A stretch of 64,000 nucleotides of DNA from Mantamonas sphyraenae STR306 (Eukaryota > Protista > CRuMs), in NCBI GenBank assembly GCA_026936335.1, contig JAPMXV010000067.1, positions 310,001 to 374,000 on the forward strand. The letters run 5' to 3'. The notes beneath the pieces are model-generated. The model was not told where the DNA came from. It searched no databases and saw nothing but the letters and a program-made list of their open reading frames with translations. A program made the position numbers and the translations under genes. Position 1 is the stretch's first letter, and every line of letters begins with the position of its first letter. Shown piece after piece: positions 36,801 through 46,729 of this stretch.

Positions 36801-38240
36801 AGGTAAACAAACTCCTCGTCACGCTGGTAGACAGACGTGACGCAATAGCGGGCGAAATAGATTGAAAGGGCAGTGGTGGCGTTGATGGAAGAGGACGAGT
36901 CAGTCCATGGCGACAGCTGCTGCACAATGAGGGCAGTGAGATTTGTGGCCAGGGTCTGTGTGACGGAGCTGCCGTGTGGGCGCAACAGGAGTCCGGCAGA
37001 TGTGTGGAGCAGCAAGCCGTTGTTGAGAAAGTGGAGACGGCGCAGAGTGAGAGAGGCACAAAGTGGGTCGTTGGGGGCGGTGGAGAGGTCACACACGGTG
37101 TGGTTTGCACCTGTGAGGAGGTTCAACAAACGAGGCGGCTGCTGAAACGCAGTTTCGGTCTCGGCGACGACCATGCCCAGGCGCTGAGCAGATGAAGAGG
37201 CAGGCACAGAGAAAGAGAGGACGGAGGAGGCTGCTGTGCAGGCGTGGGCGGCGACATGGATATCGATGGGCAGAAGGGCGTCGGAAGCGAGGGTGGAGGC
37301 GTCGTTGAGTGGGGAGCCCCATGAACGCAGAGAATCAAGAGTGCTCACGCTGACCATGGAGTCTGCGACGACGCAACCGAGCACTTGGATGTTGTTGGAT
37401 CGCACAAGGATGTCGATGGGCGAAGCAATCTCGCCCGTGGAGATGGTGGCGCGCCAGTGCGGATCGGAGGCGTTGGTGGTGACCACGGTGAGGGCCGAAA
37501 CGCGCAACGATGTGGCCGAGGTGTCCATGTCGAGGGTGGGAAACTCGCCGACGCGAAGGAAGCTTGTGGTGACCTGTTCGGAGGCACGCAGAGAGGACGG
37601 GTCGACAATGCGCAGACGCACAGCCAGAGACGAGCGGTTTGCAGGCAACACCAGCGTCTGTGTGTTTCCGCTGGAGGTCACACGGGCCGCACTGTCATCT
37701 ACGTCGATGTGAAAGCGGTAGCAGCCTGTGGCAGAGGCGTAAGGAGACAGCGGTGAGGGCAAGAGAGTGTCAGCGGGAGAGAACGGCTTGCAACGGCTGG
37801 GCAGGGACGGGCGAACGGCAGAACGCACCAGAGACGGCACGGACAATGATGTGAAAGACAGCAACTGGACAGGCAGTGCCCGAAGCAAGGAGACCGTGGG
37901 TGGCGGTGTTGTTTGAGTCGCAGAGCATGATACGGGCGGGTTTGACGCCTGTGGAGGAGTAGGTGTGCACGAGGCGGCTGCTTGTACTGGCACGCACGTC
38001 CCACGTGCCGCCAGCCTCGCCGTCGCCGTAATCGAAAGAATAATACAAAGAGCCGTTGCGTGGATGGAAGCTACGCGAGGCATCGAGGACCACAGGACGT
38101 CCGACCTGTGCGATCTGTTCGCCAGAGACTGTGCTGTAGTGTGCACGCAGTACAGGGTCCTGATTTGTGTATGCGCGTGTGTGCGGCACCCAAAGGGCCA
38201 CCACAAGCAGAGCTATGAGAAGCAGGTGTGCCTGCTGCAT
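33884..38240 (-). CDS. CATSPERB: CatSper channel auxiliary subunit beta-like type I membrane protein with N-terminal PKD-like domain (~1417 aa)
   Basis: Signal peptide MQQAHLLLIALLVVALW. CatSper-beta motifs FRFPATF...LAYGNHLWLS.SSG.NF, TLPINYRPPS..G.AVP.T...YHADPSKP, C..A.NRA.CGCT...DC and GEQLYHFR......S.CEL...F.VYV.EPP, then a C-terminal TM helix. Intron 37726-37828. Confidence 0.85.
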
Positions 38241-38288
38241 GTGTGTGGTCGGAGTTGGGCCCTGGAGACGGTGCTGTGTTTTGGCTGC

Positions 38289-38303
38289 GTTGCCAGAGGC
38301 AAC
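38289..38303. promoter_or_regulatory. RFX X-box-like palindrome GTTGCC-AGA-GGCAAC
   Basis: Fits the consensus GTNRCC(N0-3)RGYAAC exactly. Lies in the 81-bp divergent gap, 48 bp from the CatSper-beta ATG, with a CCAAT motif immediately adjacent (38308-38312). Confidence 0.55.
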
Positions 38304-38321
38304 GTGACCAATCACCAGAGC

Positions 38322-40004
38322 ATGGACCTGAGTAAGTGGGACCCGTGGGGCAGAGGAGACGTGTGGTATGGAAAGGGGCATGGGTGCGGGACGGGACAAC
38401 GCAAGGCTGGCGACGCAGTGACGGACCAAGCGGAAGGCGCGCGTGGCGAGACTCCGCTGTGCAGAGACCGGGTGAGGCACGTGAGGGAGGACACGGGCAC
38501 TGACACCCACTTTGCGTTGTGTGTGAACACAGCTGTTGCCACACAGGCACCCGTTCAGGTCAAGGGTGGGTCCAAGGGCCGCAAGAAGAAAACCAAGGGA
38601 CGGCGACGACCCGAGGCGCCTGTACAGAGCAGCAGGGAGGCGGAGGCGGAGGATGCATCCAACGAGATGAGCCTTGAAGGCGTGGATGCAGGCACAAACA
38701 GGATGTCGACGGGGGAGCAAACGGGCGTGGACGAGACCGGCGGACAGGAGCGTGGGAGCAGCATGTCCGCGAGCAGGTCAGCTGGCCTGGCACCAACAGA
38801 CACTTCCAGCAGCCTGACGGTGGTTGCCAGCGGGCAAGGCATGCCTGTGCCCAAGGCATCTGCACGAAGGCGGCGGTCGAAGCGCACGTTGAGCACCAAC
38901 AGCGCGCTGACGTCGTCGACAAGCGGACCGGGGCGGGCCGAGACGCAAGACGCGTTGGAGCGCGAAGCGGGCCCCGAAGCAGCGTCGTTGCAATTGTCGA
39001 CAGGTAATATGCTCACAGCAGGCAGCATGATCTCCAGCAGCCTGTTTCAGGACAAAATGTCAGGGCCGGTGGTGGCGTCGGGGTTGTCGACGTCTGCGTC
39101 TTTGGTACCTGCGGCAAGGTCAGTAGGGCCGAATGAGCAGACGCATGGGGCGTCTGGTTCGGCACGAGGCACCACCAAGAGGAGGCCTGCAGCGGCGGGT
39201 CTCACGGAAAGTAGGGGAGCAAGGAAACGGACGCACGAGTCAATGAGCAGCACGCCATCGGTTGGAAGCAGCGAGACACAGCAAACGGAACGACAGACGG
39301 GACAACGAGCAACACAACGAAGCACAGGGGTGGGAGCGACCAGCACCAGAACCAGCACCAGCACCAGCACCAGCACCAGCACCAGCACCAGCAGCGTGAG
39401 AGCGGGTGGCTTAGGAGGCAGCAGGGGCGGCGGTGGAGCGTCCACCAACTCGTTGGCACGCATTTCGTCAGCCAGTAAGATCAAGAAACGGCGTGTGGAC
39501 GCAGGCAGCAGGACACAAAGCACAACATCGGTGAGCTCGAGTCGGGGAGGCAGCAGCAGGCGCTTGGCGCGTCAGGTGGACGAAGGAGCTCAATCGGTGG
39601 TGGCCACCGTGGCCATGGCAGACGACGGGACGTTTATCATCGACAGCAGTTCGCTTGTGGTGACGCTGCCAACGGAGAGCAGCGGAATCGGGCCGTCAAA
39701 CGAAAACACAGCACCGATCAGCTACCGTGATTCGACGAACCAGCGACGGACATTTGCAGCACGGTGGACTCCAGAAGAGACTGCGGATTTTTACACCGCC
39801 CTGCGCATGTGTGGCACAGACTTTTCGCGCATGGCCACGCTGCTTCCTGAACGCAACCGCAACGCCATCAAACGCAAGTTTAAACGGGAAGAAAAGATCA
39901 ATTCAGTGCTGATAGAGCGAGCCCTGGCGTCGCCACTTGTGTACGACCCATCGCAAATGGCCGAGGAACGAGGAACGTCGATGAGCTGGGTGGAATTCAG
40001 ATGA
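38322..40004 (+). CDS. BDP1: TFIIIB subunit B'' (Bdp1) SANT-domain protein
   Basis: DGTFIIDSSSLVV and RWTPEETADFYTALRMCGTDFSRMATLLPERNRNAIKRKFKREEK. Probable exon 1 is 38322-38331, intron 38332-38532. Confidence 0.85.
   Translation: MDLSKWDPWGRGDVWYGKGHGCGTGQRKAGDAVTDQAEGARGETPLCRDRVRHVREDTGTDTHFALCVNTAVATQAPVQVKGGSKGRKKKTKGRRRPEAPVQSSREAEAEDASNEMSLEGVDAGTNRMSTGEQTGVDETGGQERGSSMSASRSAGLAPTDTSSSLTVVASGQGMPVPKASARRRRSKRTLSTNSALTSSTSGPGRAETQDALEREAGPEAASLQLSTGNMLTAGSMISSSLFQDKMSGPVVASGLSTSASLVPAARSVGPNEQTHGASGSARGTTKRRPAAAGLTESRGARKRTHESMSSTPSVGSSETQQTERQTGQRATQRSTGVGATSTRTSTSTSTSTSTSTSSVRAGGLGGSRGGGGASTNSLARISSASKIKKRRVDAGSRTQSTTSVSSSRGGSSRRLARQVDEGAQSVVATVAMADDGTFIIDSSSLVVTLPTESSGIGPSNENTAPISYRDSTNQRRTFAARWTPEETADFYTALRMCGTDFSRMATLLPERNRNAIKRKFKREEKINSVLIERALASPLVYDPSQMAEERGTSMSWVEFR
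39339..39392 (+). repeat. (ACCAGC)n hexamer run encoding Thr-Ser repeats
   Basis: Tandem ACCAGC units inside BDP1. Confidence 0.8.
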
Positions 40005-40068
40005 GCAGAGCAGGTCACAGAACGCACAGGAAGACAGAGAGAGAGAGAGAGCACGAGCAATGGAAGCA

Positions 40069-42231
40069 TCATTCGTTGGCACCCACAAGCTCCACACCCA
40101 GGTCCTTGGCAACCATCTTGGCGGCAATGCCGTGGTAGATGCGGTAGTTTGCGTTGAAGGTGTCGACCGCAAGCTTCTTGCCGGCTTCGCTGGCGTAGAG
40201 CTGGCGGTAAAGAGGGCGCACAAACTTCATGCGACCCTGTTCGAGCAGGAATTCGACAATGGCGGGAAAGTGTTCGACGTTGCCCGAACGGATGCTGAGG
40301 CTGGCGTAGCGGAAGCGGATCTCGCTGTTGCCGTATTTCGAGAGGGAGTAGAGCTCGTTCATCTTGAGCAGAGTTTCGAGGGCCAGCGGGTTCTCCTCGG
40401 TTGCAGTGAGGAGAGCGTTGAGAAAGTGGATGATTTGCTCGATGTGCCAGCCCTGCATGTCCTCGGCAGTTGCACCCTCGCCGTTGTCGTTGACCCACTT
40501 GGAGGCCAGTTTGTCGGCGACGTCGGACAGCGTGGTGTCAAACTCGGGGTCTACAGGAGGCATACCCGGGGCAAAGAACCAGGCGTCCCAGTCGATTGCG
40601 TCCAGGGTCTCCTGGCTGACCGAGTCTGCGAAAAAGTCGAGGAAGGTCTGCTTCCACTCGTCGGTGGTCACAGTGCCATACGCAAACTTCTGCACGTAGG
40701 TCTTGAGGAAAGGCTCAAACTTCTCCGGGCCACCCACGAGCTTCTCGAGGTAGAAGAGGAGGTTGAAGCCCTTTTCGTAGGGCACGGACGAGAAGGCGTC
40801 ATCGGGATCGATTCCTGTGAGGCTGTGACACGACATGAGGAAATGAGGTTGGGACAAGGAGATGTGAGCGCGGAAAGGTCGAGGGAGGGGGGGGGGGCAG
40901 TGAGGGAGGGAGGGAGGAACTCACTCGGGCACGAGGGCGGTGAGCTGGGACTCGGCGCCAAAGTGGTCAACCGAGTCCTTGAGGGCACGCCAGCCAGTGA
41001 GGGCAGACAGGTGGCGGAACTCTTCGCCATGCAGACGCTGGAGGATCTTGCGCTCGATAAAGACAGTGTGACCCTCGTTGAGCCAGAAATGGGTCCAGGT
41101 GCGGTTGGTGACAAGGTTACCCATCCAGGAGTGAGCAATCTCGTGGGCAACGACGTTGGCAAGGGACTTGTCGCCAGCCAGGAGGGTGGGGGTCACAAAG
41201 GTGAGGGTGGGGTTCTCCATGCCGCCGTAGGGGAAGGAAGGCGGCAGGAGAAGGATGTCGTACTTGCCCCAGCAGTACTCTGTGAGGAGCTCCTCGCCCG
41301 TGGCAATGAACTTTTCGGTGTCTTCAAACTCGTAAGCACCTGCTTCGACCATTTCGGGTTCGCTCCAGACCTTGCTGCGCGGCCCAATGTCCCTGCTCTC
41401 GAGGTGGCCGATGGCGAGGGCGGTGAGGTAGGACGGGATGGGCACATTCTGGGCAAAGGAGTAGGTGATGGTGTTGTCGTCACCCTGAGCATCGCCTGTG
41501 GAGATGGCGCTCATGAGGGCCACGAGCGGGGCCGGGACGGTGACCTTTGCGTCGTAGGTGATCTTGCGGGACGGAGAGTCCTGGCAGGGCATCATGGAGC
41601 GGGCGTGGATGGCCTGGCACTGGGTGAAGAGGTAGGGGTGCTTCTTGCCTGCAGTCTGGCTCGGTTCCAGCCACTGGATGGCCGGGGCGTTGGGAGTCGT
41701 GTTGTAGGAGACGGTGACTTGGAAGGGCGTGTCAACCTCGACCGCGTTGGGGAGGGTGATTGTCAGGGGCACACCAAAGGCCTCGGACTCGGTGCCCAGG
41801 GAGAACTGGGAAAGGTGTTTAACGAGTGGGAGGGTTGTGTGTGGGTGTGAGCAATGTGGGCTGGGAGGCGGACGGAATGTGACGAGAGGGAGGCCGGACC
41901 TGCGGCACAACGAAAGGGCAACGGCAGAGGACAGGGCGGAAGGGAAAGGGCAATGAAAGGCGGTGGAGTCAGTGCATACCTCTGCATCTGCACCGTCGAC
42001 GGTGACAGACTGGATGTCGAGGGCACGGGTGTCGAGAACGACGGTGGTGACGCCGGCGACGAGGGCCTGCGTGGACAGGGTGACGCTGCCCTTGAGGCTC
42101 TTGGCCTCAAAGTCTGCGGTCCAATCGATGGACACGTGGGTGACAGCCACCTCGTTGAGGTTGGCTTGCGTCGAGAGGTCGTTGACGTCGGTGACGATGG
42201 GTGCCTGCTTGGGGGTGTCTGTGGATGACAT
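40069..42231 (-). CDS. LTA4H: Leukotriene A4 hydrolase / M1 aminopeptidase
   Basis: YLFTQCQAIHARS, PSFPYGGMEN, HEIAHSW...WLNEG, SSVPYEKG and QGRMKFVRPLY. Introns 41806-41979 and 40823-40924. Confidence 0.95.
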
Positions 42232-42395
42232 TCTTGGTTGGGGTGGGTCCCAAGGCGCTTCATTGCACACAGGCGAGAGCAATGACGGACACATGTGTCG
42301 TACAGGCATGAGGGAGAATCCGAAGGCAGTGGAATGCGTGGGGTTGGACTTGGGGCACGGAGCAGCCACGCCATGGGTGCCAACCGAACGGGAAG

Positions 42396-45300
42396 ATGGA
42401 ATCGCTGGTTGAGCTGTTGGCAGCAAAGGGTACGTACGAACGGCGTCGAAATGGGTGGGATGGGGGAGGTTGACATTGGACGCTGACACGAATCACACAC
42501 AACATGCAGACATCAAGAGCATGACTGCCGGGGTGGAACAGCTGGAGGAGTACCTGGAGAGTGGCGAAGAGCTGGACGTAAGCGACACGGGCCGTTTTCC
42601 TACACACACACAGCATGCACAGACGCTGACACGTGACGTGGGCTGGGTTACACGCGTGTGAATGGGCAATCGCACAGCACGAGTGGGTGGACGTGCTCTT
42701 TGACGCGCTCAGCAGCGTGATCGCCTCGTCGAACTTCAAGTTGAGCCGGGCGGGCTTGCAGCAAACCGCGGCGCTGATCGAACGCATGGGCGACTCGTCC
42801 ACCATCTACTTTAACAAAATCATCAAGCCCAGCATCGACCGGTAAGGGAACGGGAGGAGGCTGGGCGAGGAGAGGGGAGCAGACGTTCCGGCAGGCGGGG
42901 GACGTGAGCGGGCACTGACCAGCGACCGGCGCGCGCTCACAGGCTGGGAGACGGCAAGGAGCCCGTGCGTGACGCTGCCGTCGACCTGTTTCTGGTCATG
43001 ATGGGCATTGTGGAGCCATCGGAAGTTTTCCACCGCGTAAAGCCTGCGTTTAAGCACAAGAACTGGCGTGTGCGCGAGACGGTTCGTTCAAGAGAGAAAT
43101 CTCGCGCCCTTTTTCACCTGCCGAACTCCACCGCACTGCGTTCGCCACCATCGAGGCCGCTAGGTGCAGCATGCACACGGCCGTGGCCACGCAACCCCTT
43201 TTATGAGGATATGGCGTGGTGGCAGCTGTTGCACACGGTCGCTGCTGTGGGGAGGCCAGAGCAGCGGGGAGCGGGCAAAATGGAGCGGTGGAATTGCGGC
43301 GAGGTAGAACAGGGCACACAGGGCACATGGGGCGTCTTACTGACACATGGAACCCGGACGGTCGGTTGCGTATGGTTGTGTGTGCACAGGTTCTGCTGCT
43401 GTTCAATCGCACAGTGGACATGTTTGGCGGCGACTCGCTGGATTTTGACGAGGTGCTGCCGCTGGTTGCGCCGTTGTTGGCCGACCAGGCAGCAGGGGTA
43501 CGTGACAACGCCTTTTCGTCCATGGAGCTCATGTACAGTGTCCAGGGCTCGTCGTTCATCACGGCAGTCAAGGGCAACAAGCAGATCCACGCACGCACAC
43601 TGAAGATCCTGCTCGGGCGGTTTGAGCAGGTGCAGGTGGAGGACTCGCCCGGGTCCGCAGGCAGCAGTGGCCACCTCTACGACGTCAGCAGCGAAGCAGG
43701 CGCACTCAGTAACAACACACGCAGCCCCAAGGTGGCGCGCAGCTCCAGCCGTTTGCGCGAGGGCGATCTGGACATGGGTTCCACAGGAGGCACCGGCGGC
43801 GGCTCCGGAGGCGGAGGTCGGCCCAGCTCGGGCTCGCGCTCGGTGGCCAGCGGCGGCTCGTCCAACAGCAATCTGGACTTTAACATGGACACTTTCTTTG
43901 ACAAGGACTTTGGCGTGCAGAGTTTCCGCAACGAGCGCGACCTGCAGAAGCAGCTGGACGAGATTGCAAACAACATCAAGAACACGACGGACGATTGGGA
44001 GGTGCGCAGGGCGAACGTGCGCAAATTGGGCGCCCTCATCAACGGAGGCGTGCTGGACGAGCACTACGATGTGTTTATCCAATACCTCAAGGACATCCGC
44101 AGCAAGCTGAACAAGCAGATCAGCGACCTGCGCTCAGCCGTTGTGCGCGACACCTGCGCCACCTGCGTCTTTATTTCCGAGAACCTGGGTGATGCGTTTG
44201 CGCCCATCTTTGAGTATCTGATGCCCTCGTTGCTCAAACAGTGTTCTGTGCGCACCAAGGTCATTGCCAGCAGCGGCCAGCTGTGCATCCAGAGCGTCAT
44301 CCTGAACACCACAGCGCCACGAGCCATCACCAAGGTCATCGAGGGGTTGCAGACACGCAGCAAAGACCTGCGGGAACGCTGCATCGAATACCTGCTGCTC
44401 ATGCTCGAGGCATGGCAGCGAGAGGCTTTTGCCAAGCACGCCGACGCTCTGTACACATGCATCAAGGACTCCATCAGCGACTCGTCGTCGTATGTGCGTG
44501 TGCGTGCACGTCGTTGCTACTGGGCCTACAAGCAGCATTTTGTGGACCGGGCCAATCGCATGATGAAGGGTCTGGATTCGTCGCAACAGAAATACCTGTA
44601 CGACGAGCTGCAAGGAGGAGGCTCGTCGTCGTCGTCATCATCGTCTTCGTCGTCATCCTCTTCCTCATCGTCGTCCACACGTCAGCGGCCAGGCACAGCA
44701 CCGGCGCGCAAGAGCAGGCCGTCGAGCGGATCGTCGCGCAGCGGCAGCGGCCTGTCGTCGACAGGACGGGGCAAGCGACCAAGCAGCGGTTCTGCAGGAG
44801 GCAACAGCTCGACACGTACGCGGCCAGCAAGCAGCAAGGGCTCCAGCGGAGGTCTGCGCAACGGAGGCGGAGCCAAGCGCGTAGGCAGTGGAGGCAGCAG
44901 GGGAGGCTCTGCAGGCGCGTCGTCGTCGACGACAACGTCGTCCAACACCGTGTTGGCGACGGGTGCGTCACGTGTGGTGCACAGTCTGGCGTCGGAAGGG
45001 TCGGAGGAGCAGGAGGACGAAGGCCTTGGCCAAGAGAGGGAAAAGTCGGTGTACGATACGAGCATCAAGTCGCTGTTGCGAAAGGCACAAGGGAACGACT
45101 GGTCTCTGCGATTGCAGGCGTTCAACACGCTGGCGGCGCTATACAAGTCGCAGCAAGGTCAGACCAAGATCATGAGTGGGTCCAACCTAGACAAGCTGAT
45201 GGTTCTGTACGAAGACAAACTGAGCGAAAGCCACGCAAAGGTGGCTTTGGTGGTGCTGCACTCGTTCAGCGACCTGGTGGTGCAGTTCAACGAGCACATG

Positions 45301-46662
45301 GAAGGCCAGATGGACCGGTTCCTGGGCAAACTGTTCTTGCGCCTGAGCGACACCAAGGAGAGCCTGCGCACGGCGGCATCCAACGTGCTCAAGCTCATTG
45401 CCGACCTGTTTACACCCAACTCTCTCATGCCCTCTCTGTTCAAGGCGCTGGCGGACGAAACGAGTGCCAGTGTGCGCCTGAGCACGGTCAAGTACATTGT
45501 GGACTTGCTGCCGGCCTCGCACGAGTACCTGTACATGGGCAACCACATGAAGTTCTTTGTGTACAAGTTCTTGGAAGTGAGCAAGGACCGCAACCAGGAG
45601 CTGCGTCACGCCGGCGTGGAGGCGCTGCTCAACTTGTACGACGTCAACGAAGAACACTTTCTCAAGCAGGCAAACACCTTGTCACCGACCAACGTGCTTG
45701 CCCTGCGCAAAACGCTGGCCAAGCACATCGAGGGCATCGAGTACGTGCTTGGCCCAGAGCCCGACGAGGAAGATGATGAGCCTGAGGAAGGCGATGTCGA
45801 TGTGCAAGAGGAGACGACACAACAGCAGCAGCAGGAACAACAGCAACAACAACAACACAGTGCGTACAACCCGCATGCTTACCATGAGGGCGTCAGGAGT
45901 GGTGACGAAAACACCATGCCATCTGCATCAGGCGGCGGCATGGCCAACAGCAGCGCGAGCCACAAGGCGCTCGTGGACGACGGCAGCATGCCGGACTTTG
46001 TGGCAGCGGTGGCGAGGAGCGTTGGGGACGAGCGTGTGGACGCGCTGCACAAGGTGATTGCGGTGAGCCGCGAAAACGACGTCGGCTTGTGGGAGGAACA
46101 CTTTGACCTAGTGCTGTCCGAGGTGCTCAACGCTCTCAGTGACTCCGTGGGGGAGGTGCGAGAGATCGGATGTGTGGTGATCAAGGAGCTTGCAGAGAAC
46201 CAGCCAGACGGGTTTGGCGACGTGTTGGCCACAGTCGTCAACCACCTGCTGCTTCTGTACGCAGACGACACACGAGAGGTGAGCCAGGCTGCGGAAGAGG
46301 CGATGGAGGCAGTGTTGGAGGCATGTGAAACCCAGGCGTGCCTGGAGCTTCTGAATCCCCTCGTCAGCGAAGAGGACGGCGCCACACTGCAGCTCAGCAT
46401 CCGCTTGCTGTCCAGTGTACTCTCGCGTATCCAAAACCGGGACGAGCTGCACGCCGAGCTCCCGTCGATCTTGCCGGGTATCTTTGCGGCGTTTAACAAC
46501 CCGGTGGCGGATGTGCGCAAAGCGGTGGTTTTCTGCCTTGTCGACCTCTACATGCGTCTCGGCGACGACTTTGCACCCTACCTCACCAACCTGTCCACCT
46601 CTCAGCTCAAGCTAGTGACCATCTATGTCAACCGAATGCGAGCAAAGCAGCAAGGTGACTGA
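42396..46662 (+). CDS. CLASP: CLIP-associated protein (CLASP; TOG domains)
   Basis: MESLVELLAAKDIKSMTAGVEQL, RLGDGKEPVRDAA, HKNWRVRE, DLRSAVVRDTC and C-terminal ADVRKAVVFCLVD...QLKLVTIYVNR. Introns 42430-42509, 42578-42677, 42842-42942 and 43082-43389. Confidence 0.95.
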
Positions 46663-46729
46663 GAGTGGGAGAAAGCAATGGAGAATTTTTCGACTTGAGT
46701 TGCGTTTTCATTTTCCTTGCAGGTCACGA

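Noticed and set aside
37965-38321. N-terminal extension of ORF 37965..40004 overlapping CatSper-beta exon 1
   Set aside because: Antisense read-through of a stop-poor region. ATG 38322 with a canonical GTAAGT donor is the better BDP1 start.
40060-41850. 596-aa plus-strand ORF antisense to LTA4H (similar cases: 46625..48241, 24803..26509, 30683..31939, 17194..18573)
   Set aside because: Shadow ORFs caused by GC-rich codon bias on the real coding strand. No recognisable motifs.
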